Below, piece by piece: positions 14,542-30,437 of a stretch of 64,000 nucleotides of DNA (position 1 is the first letter of the stretch; each line of letters begins with the position of its first letter). The stretch is from NCBI RefSeq assembly GCF_009914755.1, contig NC_060940.1. One strand, 5' to 3'. The translations under genes were made by a program, and so were the position numbers. Origin of the DNA: the human T2T-CHM13v2.0 reference genome, Homo sapiens. Under the pieces are notes generated by a model. The model was not told the origin of the DNA, searched no databases, and saw nothing but the letters and a program-made list of their open reading frames with translations.

Positions 14542-14667
14542 GAGGGCACTCTAGCCTGCTGCCCATAGCAGGTTCTCCTCTGCCCATCTCTCTCCTACAT
14601 TTACCCAAAGGGAGGAACTGAGGGTAGGATTACTTAGTGCTGGAGAGATTGCTTGAGACATGGTTAT
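14542..14667 (+). repeat. Dispersed direct duplication B, copy 2
   Basis: Same blocks as copy 1, plus about 20 extra nt between two ctgcccat motifs. Confidence 0.88.
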
Positions 14668-15156
14668 TAGTGGGCTAGATAACTGTTCTGTGAACCCTTC
14701 CTCCTCCCAAATGAATTGCACTTCTTTTTTTTTTAATGTTTCTTGCCTCAGGCCTGGGTGGTACTTAAGCCTCTTGGGGCCACGATGAGTTACCCCAACC
14801 GCTTGATGCAACGGGGTGGGTACAGTAAGCTAAGGTCTCCCTGGTGGATTCAACCATCTCTCCTTGCTTTGTATCCATCAGTATGACCAAGCATCCTGGT
14901 CCCAATGTTTTGATGGTGAGAAGGTGGAGAGGAGGTCACATGGAGCTGCCAGACCTGAGCCACCATGCTCTGACCTAGCTGTCATCAAACAGCTTGAAAT
15001 AAAGCAGTACCTGGAGTCCCACCTGGCTATTCTTCCTTTTACCGCTCCCTGATGGGTAGCATGGTCATGCCCTCTCACAGGTGAGAAAAAGGAGACTCAC
15101 AAAGGTTGGATTTGTTGCTTGAGAGCATATAGCTCTCATACAGGGGATGAGGACAG

Positions 15157-15520
15157 GTACCTTGGTCTGCACAGGCTGCTATAACAAGACACCATAACTG
15201 GGTGGGTTAAACAATGGAGATTTATTTACTCACAGTTCTGGAGACTGGAAAGTCCAAAGTGCCTGTCAATTAGATGCTGGTGAGGCCTCTCTTCCTGGCT
15301 TGCAGAAGGCCACCTTCTTGCTCTGTCCTTACATGGCAGAGAAAGAGAGAGCGAGCTCTCTGGTGTCTCTTATAAAGAAGGACACTCCTTCTATAGGATC
15401 AGGGCTCCATGCTTATGATCTCATTTTACCTTAAGTACCTCCTTATAGGCCCTATCTCCAAGTACAAGGGTTAGAGCTTCGACATATAAATTTTAGTGGG
15501 GCACGGTTCAATCTATAGCA
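15157..15520 (-). mobile_element. MLT1 (MaLR) solo LTR
   Basis: ggctgctataacaagacaccataactgggtgggttaaacaa...cacagttctggagactgg. Confidence 0.75.
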
Positions 15521-16459
15521 ACAGGATTCAAATCCAGGTCAGGCTGATATTGCATGGCCTCTTCTACATCATAGTGGAATGACTTGATGGTGTAGAATAT
15601 GCCAGCATTGCTTTGAGTTTGCTTTGATTTTGCTTTGAAACAATTAGGCATATGTGGGGGGTGGGGTGGGGGGAGGGACAGAAGCCATTCCTTTCTAATT
15701 ATGCTTGCATTAGGCTAATATTTAAATGAATGAGAATTCCACTGGGCACCACCAGATAGCCAGTTAGGGTAGAGATATGGAGAGTCTGAGGTCCAATGGG
15801 AACAGGATTACAAAGGAATTTGAAGGTTGGGGTTGTTCTTGCTAACGCAGGACAGATGGTTCCTAGGTCTATGCTTAGAGCACACAGTCAGTAAAGCTTG
15901 GATATTCCATTAGAGAAAGAAAGAGACCATCTGGAGATGGGTCTACACTGGCTTTTGGCTTTGGCAGCCACATCGTAGTGTTGGCATCCTTGGGTGATCG
16001 GCTTTCCCTCCCTGGGGTCAACCACTTACACAACACACTGCATAAAGCATGGTGAACTTCAGGGTCAGCTAAGCCTGCATTCAAATCCCAGCTTGGCCAC
16101 GATCAAGTCATGTGACGTTGGGCAAGTCACTTGAACACTCTGAGTCCTGGTGCTGTTCTATATGTCATCTTACTGGGATGCCATGGGGACTAAAGCAGAA
16201 AGTGGGGGCAACTTGGCAGTTGGCTAAACATTAGGTCACTCTGGATCTCAGGTTCTGATGTACCCTGCTCATCTCTTGATACGTGGACAACTCTGCCTCC
16301 TGGATTCTCATCCAGATACAGAAATCAAGGATTTAGATGGGGAAGAAATGAGTGAGAGAGCTTTACCCCAGAACTATCCAGCAGGTGAAATTATGACCCG
16401 TTGGCAAAAACTCAGGTCCTTTCCTCTCTGCCCCTACTCCCCGTGATGAAAGAAGCATG

Positions 16460-16670
16460 CATTTAAATCCTGGCTCCAAACCCCACCAGTTGTGAGACAC
16501 TGAGAAAATCCCTTTACTTCTCACAGCCTTGGTTTCTTCATACTGCGATGCAGTAACACTATCTACCTTCTGGGATTGTTGTGAGAATTACATGAGATAA
16601 TGCATGGAAATCACTTGGCCTAGAATCCTATGCACAGTAAGTAGTCAAGAAATGTCAGCAAATATGATTA
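16460..16670 (+). mobile_element. MIR SINE
   Basis: gattgttgtgagaattacatgagataatgcatgg. Confidence 0.65.
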
Positions 16671-17499
16671 GCTACTGGAGTATGGCAGGTCTTAAAAGGC
16701 TTTCCCAGGCATCTACTTTGAGTGGCTACTATTGACCATGCTGGACAATGACTCAGGGTGGGAGCAAGGGAGAGAAAATACTTGAATGATAATAAGAATA
16801 ATCCACAGAGTCCGTCTGTGTGCCTAATGATCAGACCTTAACCCTGTCGCTTGGATCCTATACTCAGTCAAATCTTTGCCCTCATCAATTTTTAAAAGGG
16901 TAGAAACGCTCCTCCCTTATCCCACTTTTAATACATGCGGTTCCTCCAGATTGCCCTTGAAAAGAATCTTCACCTGCAGTTAGATGTAAGGAACAGGCAA
17001 GGGAAGAATAATAGACTCTACAATAAAGACCACCCACATTGTAGACCACCCCGGGCTCACATCCAAATTCCCAGGATGCACTTGGAGCATCCCAGCATGG
17101 ATACCGTCCATACTCTTGGCCACCGGAGAAGAAGTCACATAAAAGACGGCTTTTTTTTTTTTTTTTTTGCCAATAAGCAAAAATGCTCAATGCACTGGGC
17201 AGGAAGATGCCAGGGTTGGAAACGTCCCATCCACAGACACATAGAGAGCCGCTGCCAAGAGGGAGGAGAATTGTGAGATCTGGAGAGGGAGGGATTCGGA
17301 AGAAAATACATTGCAAAATTCATTGTGTGGTCAAGCTGGGATCTGGTGAGAATATCAAATTGGCAGAGGACAGAGACCACATTTATTTCTGTACTATTTA
17401 GCCTGGACTCTCTTTTCTTCTGGTAACAGTAGTATAATTCTCTCTAGTGGAAGTGTTTGTACCCCATGGCATCGATGTAAGGTTCATGAGCGCACAGTT

Positions 17500-17660
17500 T
17501 TAACTTTAAATTAAAATCATATCAAATTGAAAATTTAGTTCCTCAGTCCCACAAGGCACGTTTCAAGCTCTCAATGGCCACCTGTGGCTAACGGCTACCA
17601 TACAGGATGGTGCTTATAGAACATTTCCATCACCCCCGAAAGTTCCACTGGACAGTGCTG
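17500..17660. mobile_element. MER3/MER33-like hAT fossil
   Basis: atttagttcctcagtc...caatggccacctgtggcta...ctggacagtgctg. Confidence 0.65.
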
Positions 17661-18676
17661 GTCTAGAGCATTGCCTAATATCTAGCAGAATCTCAATGAG
17701 CATCTATTTAATGAATGGATGAATGGCCAAGTGCTCTATTCTCTGCTAGCCAAAGAAGGGATACACAACTCAAGAGAGAACTATCACATTTTTCCCCAGG
17801 ACTCTGAATTTTTTTTGTTTTCCGTTGTGAAAGAAAGAGAAAGCAAACAAAATAGCAAGCAAACAAACAATACAACTAAAAGTTATTTAAGCCAGATGAT
17901 GGCATCCCTTGGGTGAAGCAGTCACTTCAATTCTTGTCTTCCACCACATCCTTCCCAGAAGGTCCTAAGCCCATAGACCACTCTTGGCTTTCTGCAGAAC
18001 CTTGGTTTTCATGAGATCTCCGAGAACTCTAGGCTCACTCTGTTTGTCCAGCCGATGGTCTAGGTCACTTCTGGCCTTAAGAAGGCTTAAAGAGCTGACC
18101 AGCCTAAAATACAGCTCAGGAGACCCAGGACAACTGGCAAGAGGGAAGCAAACTGCATTTCTGCAAAAGCAGGAGTGTGTGCTCCATCAGCCTGAAAAAT
18201 AACAGGGCTGAGGATATGTTTATTTTGTGACTAGAGGCAAACAAAACTGTTAACGGCATAATTACTGGCATGTTTTTCCAGTCTCCTTGTGAACAACAGT
18301 CCGAGCAGATACACCCTTTCAAACTCACACATTATCTGGGTGGAGGTTTTGTTGGATGGTTTCGAACCCAGGAATTTTGGGGTCTCAGGAAGCAGAGTGT
18401 GTGTCTCTGAACGTCCCAAAGAACAAAAGTGGTTTGGATGCTGAGAAAGCAGAATGCAGGGGAGATGGTCACACCCAAATATCTGAGTGTTGGGCCACCA
18501 AGTATGCTTTCCCACGAAGTACTGAGGCTAACATTTTCCAACACAGCATGTAGCTTCTATTTATTTTTCTAACTATGTGAAAGATGTCTCTCTCTCTCTC
18601 TGGACCAGTGGATTTCAATTCTCACTAGTACAATCACCTGCAGGGTGCTGGACACTTTAAAAATATATAGATTCTT

Positions 18677-18960
18677 GGCTGGGTGCAGTGGCTCACACCT
18701 GTAATCCTAGCACTTTGGGAGGCTGAGGTGCGCAGATCACTTGAGGTCATGAGTTTGAGGTCAGCTTAGACAACAAGGTGAAACCTTGTCTCTACTAAAA
18801 ATACAAAAATCAGCCAGATGTGGTGGAGAGTGCCTGTAATCCCAGCTACTTGGGAGGCTGAAGCAGGAGAATCACTTGAACTGGGAGGTGGAAGTTGTAA
18901 TGAGCTGAGATTGTACCACACTCCAGCCTGGGTGACAGAGTGAAGACTCTATCTCAAATA
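18677..18960 (+). mobile_element. AluS
   Basis: Dimeric Alu; tail decayed to (TA)/(GA); flanked by gattcttgg. Confidence 0.92.
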
Positions 18961-19001
18961 TCTCAAATATATATATACACAGAGAGAGAGAGAGAAATTG
19001 A

Positions 19002-19373
<372 letters not shown>

Positions 19374-19375
19374 TG

Positions 19376-19558
19376 AGCCTCCCAAGTATCTGGCGTTACA
19401 GGGGTGCACCACCACACCTGGTTAATTTTTTTTTTTTTTTTTTTTTAGAAATGGGGGTCTTGCTTTGTTGCCCAAGCTGGTCTTGAACTCCTGGGATCAA
19501 GTGATCCTCCCACCTCGGCCTCTCAAAGTGCTGGGATAGGCATGAGCCACTGCGCCTG
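19376..19558 (-). mobile_element. Partial AluJ
   Basis: Part of the right arm, expanded central polyT, then left arm. Confidence 0.8.
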
Positions 19559-20053
19559 CTGAACTCTGAATTTCTGAGAATCACATAGAACCTTGATTTG
19601 ACCCGGCTGAGAAGCACATAGTGAGATGTCAAGCTCCTTGTGGCAGGGATGGTGTCTGTCCTGCTCCCTGCGGAACACCCATAGCCTGACGCATGACGGG
19701 TGCTCAGGAAATGGCCTTGAGAAGCAGCTCTATCCTGTTTTAAGAGTCTGGCTCAGCCTGTCTTCTCCTGGGAGACCTTGGAGTCCCCGTCAGAGCACAC
19801 CTGTGCTAATATTGCAGGTGTAAGGTGAAGAGGGTCTGACCTGGGTGGGGATGAAGGGCATCACAGATGGGGATGAACACGGAGAGATGTCAGGGTTAGA
19901 ACGAGAATACGCAAGGTGCAGATGGAGCAGCAAGGAAGGGGGCACACAGGCTTCCAGCTGCAGGTGCTCAGGAGGAGGGTGGTCCTATTCAGAGAAATGG
20001 GGGAACCAGAAGGGTGACTGATATAGGATAGGAAGACATTTTGGATTCTTCTA

Positions 20054-20590
<537 letters not shown>

Positions 20591-20600
20591 TTATCACTTT

Positions 20601-20720
20601 TCTTTTCTTTCTTCTTATTTTCTTTTTGGGATGGAGTTTTGGTCTTGTTGCCCAGGCTGGAGTACAATGGCGTGATCTCAGTCCACTGCAACCTCCGCCT
20701 CCCAGGTTCAAGCAATTCTC
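20601..20720 (-). mobile_element. 5'-truncated Alu
   Basis: Right-arm 3' part only; TSD tattttatcacttt. Confidence 0.85.
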
Positions 20721-21689
20721 ACTTATTTTATCATTCTCACCATATTTTATCACTTTAAAAAAAAAGAACAAAAGACAAAGAGGGGTCTCCACCATATTCT
20801 TTCTCACATTCACTCAACCCACATTCTTCCTCTAATCCTCTGGCTGCGCCCCTGTTGGCTTATGATTGGCTTTTTTCTGACCCGCTCTCCTAAGATCCTT
20901 GCATCTCACGCTTGCTTCTCTGTTCTCTGCTCCAGCTCCTGTTGAAATCCTCTGAGTCTCCTGAACGAGGCTGTTTTGCACAGGTGTGGGGTCCTGGTCC
21001 CCAAACAGAAGGTGGCTGCCTGGCTCTGTGTGACTAAAAGACTTCATGGCTGCTTGGGTTCAGGAAGCTCCTTATGGCTTCCTTCTAGGACACCTGCTTC
21101 TGCCTGGAGGTTTGGAGAATAGGGGGCTCTGTGGATGTGGCTCTGGGGTCAGTAGAAGCAACTGCTTGTGATCTGGCCTCCCCACTCCCATTTGGGCCCC
21201 ACTCCCAACTATTCTCCCACGGCAGCCGGTACGATCTCTCAATGTGGCAAATATTGTCACTCTCCCCTAAAACCTCACCGCTCACAGACTGAGGCTTTAG
21301 TGACCCAACAGGACATCTCAAGTGCCCACATGGGCTTGCCTCGACCTACCTCATTTGTAAGAAGGCAAACCCTCGCCTCTTATGTTTCACCCATAGTTGC
21401 CTTCTTTCAGATCCTCAGATATGCCAGGGTCCCAAGCTACCCCCTCTTCCTGGGATGCCTGCTTGGAACCTCCTCACACTTCTCCTAAACTCCTACCCAG
21501 CATCTACATCTCAGTTCACAGGCTGCCTCCTCAGGGAAGCCATCCGGGCCCTCAGTCCATGTGAGATTCCTTTGCAAAGTGCTCATAGATCCTTCATTCC
21601 TTTTTTTCACAATGCTTGCCTGACTTTGTCATATGTGCACTCCTGTGATCTCTGTGATTAATGTCTGTCTCCTTCCTCTATTAATAACC

Positions 21690-21915
21690 ATGGCTATCAC
21701 ATGGATAACCCTCACTGTGTGCTAAGCACTTCACATATATGGACTCACTTAGCCCTCAAAGCAACCCTATGGGGTGGTGCCATTATTATGCCCATTTTAC
21801 AGATGAAGTAACTGAAGCACAGGGACTGCTGTGTGCAACTTCACACAGCTAGTAAATAAAGAAGCTGCGATTTGGACCCAGGTGGACTGGCTCCAGCCTG
21901 TACCCTTGACCACTA
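21690..21915 (-). mobile_element. MIR SINE
   Basis: cccattttacagatgaagtaactgaagcacag. Confidence 0.7.
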
Positions 21916-22534
21916 CGATGAGGGCAGGGCTGGATATGTTTTTCCTCACCTTTGAGTACTTGCTGCTTAGCACAGTGTCCAACACATAGTAGGTGCTCAA
22001 TAAATATTTTTTTGGGTGAATGGGTAAAGTCAGAAGGAGCCCTGTCTCCTGAACTCATCTGTGGGAGTAGAGAAGTATCTTCACTGGGCTGACCTAAGCA
22101 CTTTCCTCCTCAAAGCACCCCAAGATTGTCATCAGAAGGGGCTTGGTGTTGAGAGAAGGAGGAAGGGAAAAAGGGAAGCTTGGACCTCACACTCTACTCC
22201 TCCACATTTCCATCTTCAACCTGAATCTTCCCCGGACAATGAGAATCACTGAAGTTTCTTTCCCGTTCAGCTGAGGTCCAGGGGCTAGCATGGGTAGAGA
22301 AGATCCGGTGTGAATGGGAAAGGCCATCAGGCCAATATGCTCAGATCTACAACCCCCCATGGCCAAACAGTCACCAGGGCTTGCTTAACAAGAGTCCTCC
22401 AGCACCACTGCTGGGCAGAGTCCCATATGATGGAGCTGCATCTTCTTAAACCAGATGAGGTCCTCAATTCAGGGCATACAGTGCAGATACAACATGGCCA
22501 GGAGACAGGGGCTTTGGGAAGCTTCAGAATGCTG

Positions 22535-23267
<733 letters not shown>

Positions 23268-23790
23268 TTTTTATTATTATACTTTAAGTTTTCAGGTACA
23301 TGTGCACAACATGCAGGTTTGTTACATATGTATACATGTGCCATGTTGGTGTGCTGCATCCATTAACTTGTCAATTACATTAGGTATATCTCCTAATGCT
23401 ATCCCTCCCCCCTCCCCCCACCCCACAACAGTCCCCGGTGTGTGATGTTCCCCACCCTGTGTCCAAGTGTTCTCATTGTTCAGTTCCCACCTATGAGTGA
23501 GAACATGTGGTGTTCGGTTTTTTGTCCTTGCGATAGTTTGCCAAGGATGATGGTTTCCACCTTCATCCATGTCCCTACAAAGGACATGAACTCATCCTTT
23601 TTTATGGCTGCATAGTATTCCATGGTGTATATGTGCCACATTTTCTTAATCCAGTCTATCATTGATGGACATTTGGATTGGTTCCAAGTCTTTGCTCTTG
23701 TGAACAGTGCCACAATAAATATACATGTGCATGTGTCTTTAAAGCAGCATGATTTATAATCCTTTAGGTATACACCCAGTAATGGGATGG
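23268..23790 (-). mobile_element. 5'-truncated L1PA, about 520 bp
   Basis: ORF2 C-terminus (WIKKMWHIYTMEYYAAIKKDEFMSF...HMFSLIGGN) and primate L1 3'UTR; long flanking direct repeat. Confidence 0.95.
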
Positions 23791-23969
23791 TTAATTTTAT
23801 GTTATATAAATTTCACCTCAGTTTCAAAAAAAAAGGATCATGATTCTACAGTTTACTGGCTGTAGCCTTGGGGTCAAGTTTCTTAACATCTCTGTGCCTC
23901 AGTTTATTCATCTGAAAAATGGGGATATCAAGAGTGCATACGTCAGAGTTGTTGTCAAAACGATGTAAA

Positions 23970-24167
23970 CAAGCTTGTCCAACCCTGCCTTATTTGGTTG
24001 TTCTGTTTTGTTTTTTTGTTTTAGGCTTTTAGCAGCCTGAAGCCATGGTTTTTAGTTTCTGTCTCTAGTGATAAGCAGAAAAGAGGGATGAGGAAGGGGC
24101 TTTACTGGCCCAACCAAGAAAAGAAACTGAGGAGCCATAACTGTATTCTCTCCCTCAGACATCCCTG
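23970..24167 (-). mobile_element. Short hAT MITE (MER107-like) inserted in a MIR
   Basis: About 198 bp with ends caagcttgtccaa / gacatccctg; family name from recall. Confidence 0.6.
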
Positions 24168-25037
24168 AATTGTAAAGCACTTAGAATAATGCTAGGAATG
24201 TACGAAGTGCTACATATACATTTGCTGTGGTTGCTGTGCGGTCTTAACTACAGGAATTCTTTGACCTATTCGGGTTCCACTTTAGCAGACTAAAGGGATG
24301 TGATCTGTACGCAGATGCAGTGACTGTACATGGATGCTTGGACTTCCATACTGCTCATCTTCATTTCAAATCCCAGAGTGACTGGGATCTGTGCTGAACA
24401 TTATCAAGGGCTTGACTTCCCTGCAAAGCTTCCTCTGCTCTGTGTTAATACTAATTTCTCTAAACTTACTTACCAAGTAGCAGTTGTGTTTTGGGGGATG
24501 GGATTAAGAAGAAATATGTGGTAAAGGGCCCTGAAGAGGGCCCAGCACACAGTAGGTGTGCAGTAAGTGTCTGCTCTGTTAGTCTGGGGGTTAGTCTTGC
24601 TCAATTGGTCCCATATAAACTCTGGTCTTCGGGAGACTGTAGAGAAGCCCTGGCCACCTGTTCCTGTCTTTACCAGCTGGTGTTTCCTACTGAGGCGCCA
24701 TGGAGCAGCTCTCTCATGTTCTCAGCCTGCGGCTCTGGTAGTATCTCAAGACAGACATTTGGATCTGCAGTTAATGTAACTTACATGTCCATGTGGTGGG
24801 CCCTGATAGTTTGGACTTTGTTGATGTGGATACCCAAGAGGCAGAAGTAGCAGGAAAATGTCAACATGGTTTCCCCTGCCTGGTTTCTGTATACATACAC
24901 TGCCCCACATGTGCAAACGTGTGTACACACCACAGACTGAATGTGAACCCCGGGAGGGGCCAAGGACACACTCAACCCTCCTCTCTTTACATCTGATTTG
25001 CCCCAAGACACCGGACTTAGGAAAAGACACAGTGTGA

Positions 25038-25451
<414 letters not shown>

Positions 25452-25766
25452 TAATTCCTTGCCTCGGTAAATAGAACATACAAATAAAACCATCATACCT
25501 TTCGAGGATTCAAGATCTAGCAGGGCCTCAGAGTTTGAAAGTATCCATTTTCCACTTTCATCCACATGCTGGGTACACAACCAGCTCCAGCTGGAGCCTA
25601 CGTGGACCAGGACGTCATGTCAACAGCAGAGCAGGAGCACCTAGAGTCTCTAAACACTCTCAGCTTGCGTATGCCAAGTTCAGGAATATTCTTCATGTCC
25701 ACAAGTGAATTGGATCTATTCTGTTTTTCTTGAAACAGTCTCACGTCTATCTTTGCTTTTCCCACC

Positions 25767-26064
25767 CTTTTTTTTTTTTTTTTAGACAGAGTCTCAGTCT
25801 GTCACCCAGGCTGGAGCGCGGTGGTACGATCTCGGCTCATTGCAGCCTCTGCCTCCCGAGTTCAAGTGAGTCTCATGCCTCAGCCTCATGAGTAGCTGGG
25901 GTTACAGGTATGCACAACCATGCCTGGCTAATTTTTGTATTTTTAGTAGAGTCGGGGTTTCATCATGTTGGCCAGGCTGGTCTCGAACCCCTAACCTCAA
26001 GTGATCCACCTGCCTTGGCCTCCCAAAGTCCTGGGATTACAGTTGTGTGCCACCGTGCTTGGCC
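25767..26064 (-). mobile_element. AluS
   Basis: Reverse-complement dimeric Alu. Confidence 0.93.
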
Positions 26065-27327
26065 CACTTTTCCCTCTTTTGACAGAGATGTGAGTTCAAG
26101 AAATACTTTGCTACTCTTTTAACTCTATCAAAGAGAAAAGGGAAAGTAACTCAAGTCCCACAGTTACTTATAGCCATGGAGTAATTTGGGCATTTATCAA
26201 CCACTTTCTGTCATTAGACGCTGTGGTAGGTCCTTATCATGCAAGATTTCATTGAAACTTCCTAAGAACCCTCCGAAATAGGCACTAATATTGTGTTTAT
26301 TTTAAGGTAGAGAATTTGAGATGCAGAAAGTTGAAGCAACTTGCCCAGTTGGTGGTGGGGCAGAATCTGAAACCAGGATGTCTGCGTCCAGGGCCTAAAC
26401 AAGGCTAGTGACCAGTAAACACCAGTGCATCTTTAATATCTAAGAGAGGAAGAATCTGCCCACACCCCCCCACCCCCCACAGTGAGGGTTGTGCAGGGGA
26501 CACAGGGAGGTGACGTCAAATCACAGAGCAGCTCACAGTGGCTACGTCGGGCTGGCTGGACCCTTAAGTATCCCCCAAGTTTTCAGTGCCTCTTAGAAGT
26601 GCCTGACTTGGGCACTACCGCCCCTTTGAGAAGACTCCTAAGTTTGCTCATTCTTTCTGGGATGGGAGAAGTAGTGGTTTTGGAAGCTACAGATGGGGCG
26701 GCAGATGGAAACTGAAAACCTATCAGCATTGCCCAGGATGAAACCATTCATCTGCAAAATTCATATGTTTTTGTGTAGGGCAACTTCATGAAAACAACAG
26801 CAAGAGGAACCAGCAGTGCTTGATGCATAAAGTGCCTCTGGCTATGAGGCTGGCAAAGAAGAGTGGGCAAAGGAATTCGTGGGAGGCACCATGGAAATGA
26901 GATCAGTGAAGTAGAGGAAGATGATGAGAAAGGCCAAGAGACACAGAGTGACCTGGGGCACTAAAGCAAAAAAGCCACAAATAAGACAACTCTCTTTTCT
27001 GAACCCCAAAATAGGTTGCACGCATGGCCTGAGAAAGGATTTCTGGGCCTCTCAGAGATACAAGATGAGACCTTGGATGTACCTTACGTATAAATGGCTG
27101 ACATTCATGGAGCACCTTCCAAGTGTCCGGCAGGCTGCTAGGTTCTATTATTGTATCCTGATTTCACAGAAATTGGATTTACTTGCCCGCGGTCACGCTG
27201 CTAGCTAAGTGGCAGAACTCAGATTCGAGCCGTAAGCAGTTTGACGAGAGTGCAGGCACTCACCCTCCCGGGTGCTGAGCCGAGCTGGACTCTTTAGGGG
27301 AAGTGGCCACGCAAAGCAAGCCAACAA

Positions 27328-27346
27328 TGGCCTCTAGGGGGCAGCA
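27328..27346 (+). promoter_or_regulatory. Candidate CTCF site
   Basis: TGGCCTCTAGGGGGCAGCA closely matches the CTCF core motif and lies in non-repeat, locally CpG-enriched sequence. Confidence 0.6.
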
Positions 27347-28021
27347 ATGCGCATGCCTACCTGGCCTCAAGTGGTCTTGGGCTTAATGCGGGCCCCCAAC
27401 CTAGGCTGGCATGACCTCTGAGGCCTCCACTGGGAATCCAGAGAAGGAAGAATGTGGGAACTTTGAGCACAGCCCCTAAGACTGAGGAACAGACAATGGG
27501 GGTCCTCCCAGGACCATCCTGGACATCCCTGCTGCAGGCAGTCCAGCCACTACTCCACCCCGCCACAAGCTCATGGGGTGGGACTGTTTCCTTCTGTGCT
27601 TTCAAGGTGGCCTGGGGCCATCCTGCCAGTCCAGTTCTGCTGATTTCCCTAAGAGGCCGACTAAAAGCCAGAAGGAATACCAACTTTGCAACCAGACGAA
27701 ACTGGTTCTAATCCCCACTCTGCCATGCATTCATCACATGACATTGGGCCTCAGTTTGCCCCTCTGTAAAACAGGTTTGTTGTAAGGGTTGAAACAAGTG
27801 TCTGCCACACTAGCTGCTATGCTCAGCATTTTGGGACATTTCCAAACTCGGTCCCTTCATGGAAGATGGAGAGGGAATGTTCTAACCCCTCCTTGCCATG
27901 TACTTGTCTAAACTCACTTCTCCTCATTCTTTTATTATACTCTATCCATTGTTTAAATTTCTCAAACGCAACAAGTTTGTTTCTGTGCTACATTGTGCCC
28001 AGGCTGTTCCCTCTATAAGAA

Positions 28022-28238
28022 ACGGTGATTCTCAAGTGGAGACAATTTTAGCTCCCAGAGGTCACGAGTCAATGTCTGGAGACATCTGTGGTTGGCAAAA
28101 GTGGGCAGGGTGTGTTCCTGGCATCTAGTGGGTAGAGGCCAGAGATGATGCTACGCATCCTGCAATGCACAGGATGGCACCCACAGTAAAGAATTATCCA
28201 TCCCCAAACATCAGCAGTGCCACTGCTAGGAATCCCAG
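28022..28238 (+). mobile_element. MER20
   Basis: caatgtctggagaca...ctggcatctagtgggtagaggccagagatgatgct. Confidence 0.85.
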
Positions 28239-28311
28239 TATAGAAGGATCTCTTTCTTATTTCCCTCCCAATGGATCCCTTCTTGTCTTCTAGGTCTCGG
28301 TTCAAAGCTGA

Positions 28312-28694
<383 letters not shown>

Positions 28695-29739
28695 CCACAT
28701 CTTCCTTGCTTTATGGCTTGTTCACACCTTGCATGATGTATCTTTGGCATGATCATCTAACTCCATCTTCTCAGCTAGGATACACATTCCATGAGCAGAG
28801 GAGAAGTACAGGAAGCTGCATCACTTTTGTTCACAAAATGCACTACTTAGAATGTAGCACGGTAGTTGCTCAGTAAATGTTTGTTGAACAAATGAACAAA
28901 ATTGTGGTAAGTAAAACTCTACCAGCAATGTTCTATAACCATTCCCGTTTATCCCTCTGTCTTATGGACAAAAGAAAACAGTTGTCTTTCTAGTGCCTGT
29001 CATTTTTCTCAGGTTCAAGGATGTCAGGTGTACCCCATTCAAACTGACCAGAGATTGTGCCTCCCCAGTACCTTCTGCAGTCTAGGGTCTCCCAGCAGAT
29101 GGTGGGATGCCCCCAAGCCTAGGAATGAAGAAGACCCCCAGTGACCAAGCTGTGAAGAAGAAAGCAGCCACTTCTAGCTTTAAAGAGAGGTAGGTCTTCC
29201 TTCCATGCTTGTACCTTGTTTGGGTTCTGATTCAAAACTCAAACTCTTGGGAATATGTGACCTAGATATTTGATGCCATTAAAACATGCCTGCTAATATT
29301 TTAGGTATAAGCATCATTGTGATGCTGTCTTAAAAAAGAGATCTTATCTTTTCTAGATATATACTGAAATATTTATAGATACAATTCTGTGATATCTTAT
29401 ATTTCTTTCAAAATAACCCACTGTTGGGGGAAGAGGATGAAAGTCCAGATACAAGAACAATGGCCATGAATTAACCTGGGTGACATCCACGTGGGAGTTC
29501 ATTACACTATTCTCTTGGTACTCTTGTGCATGTTTGAAAGTTGCCTTAATAAAAGTTTTATTTTTTTAGGACCCCTTCATCTAGGTCTCCTGGGAATGCT
29601 GAACCCTATGGCCTCATGCCATCAGAGGGAGGAAGATCCCCCTCTTCACCCCCATCCACTTTCCTTTTCACCCTTGTCAGCAAATCCAGATGGAAAACAC
29701 AGTCAAAGGAAAAAGCTGCCCTCTCAAGAGAAAATAACA

Positions 29740-30033
<294 letters not shown>

Positions 30034-30437
30034 TCAGAATATCATTCAAAGTATCATGCCAGTGGCTTCCCTCTTGCTTGGACTAACAGCCAAATTCTAG
30101 GATCACCACGATCTGGCCTCAAATTACTCTCTGACTTTATCTCTCTTGTTATGCTACCCCTCACTTACTCTGTTACAGCTCCACTGAACCCTGCTGTTCC
30201 TCGCACAGGCCAGGCATGGACCCACCTCTGGGCTCAGCCCCTGCCTTTGCCCCTGCCTGGACCACTTTCTCTGTAGGCGTGACTCTCTTTTTCATCTTCT
30301 TCTGTTCTTATCCGTGAAAACCTTCCAGGCCACCGTTGGTAAAATTACAACTGTCCCCTACTTTTGCCCCTTACTTTATTTTTCTAAGATATCATTTAAC
30401 TTATTTTGTTGTTTGTCTCCCTACTTGAATGGAAGCT

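Noticed and set aside
16885-17401. Stack of overlapping ORFs on both strands
   Set aside because: No recognisable domain or convincing splice signals, and the ORFs run through a T homopolymer; consistent with chance.
23480-23713. L1 ORF2-like peptide as an active element
   Set aside because: Only about 520 bp of the 3' end is present; no promoter, ORF1 or RT domain.
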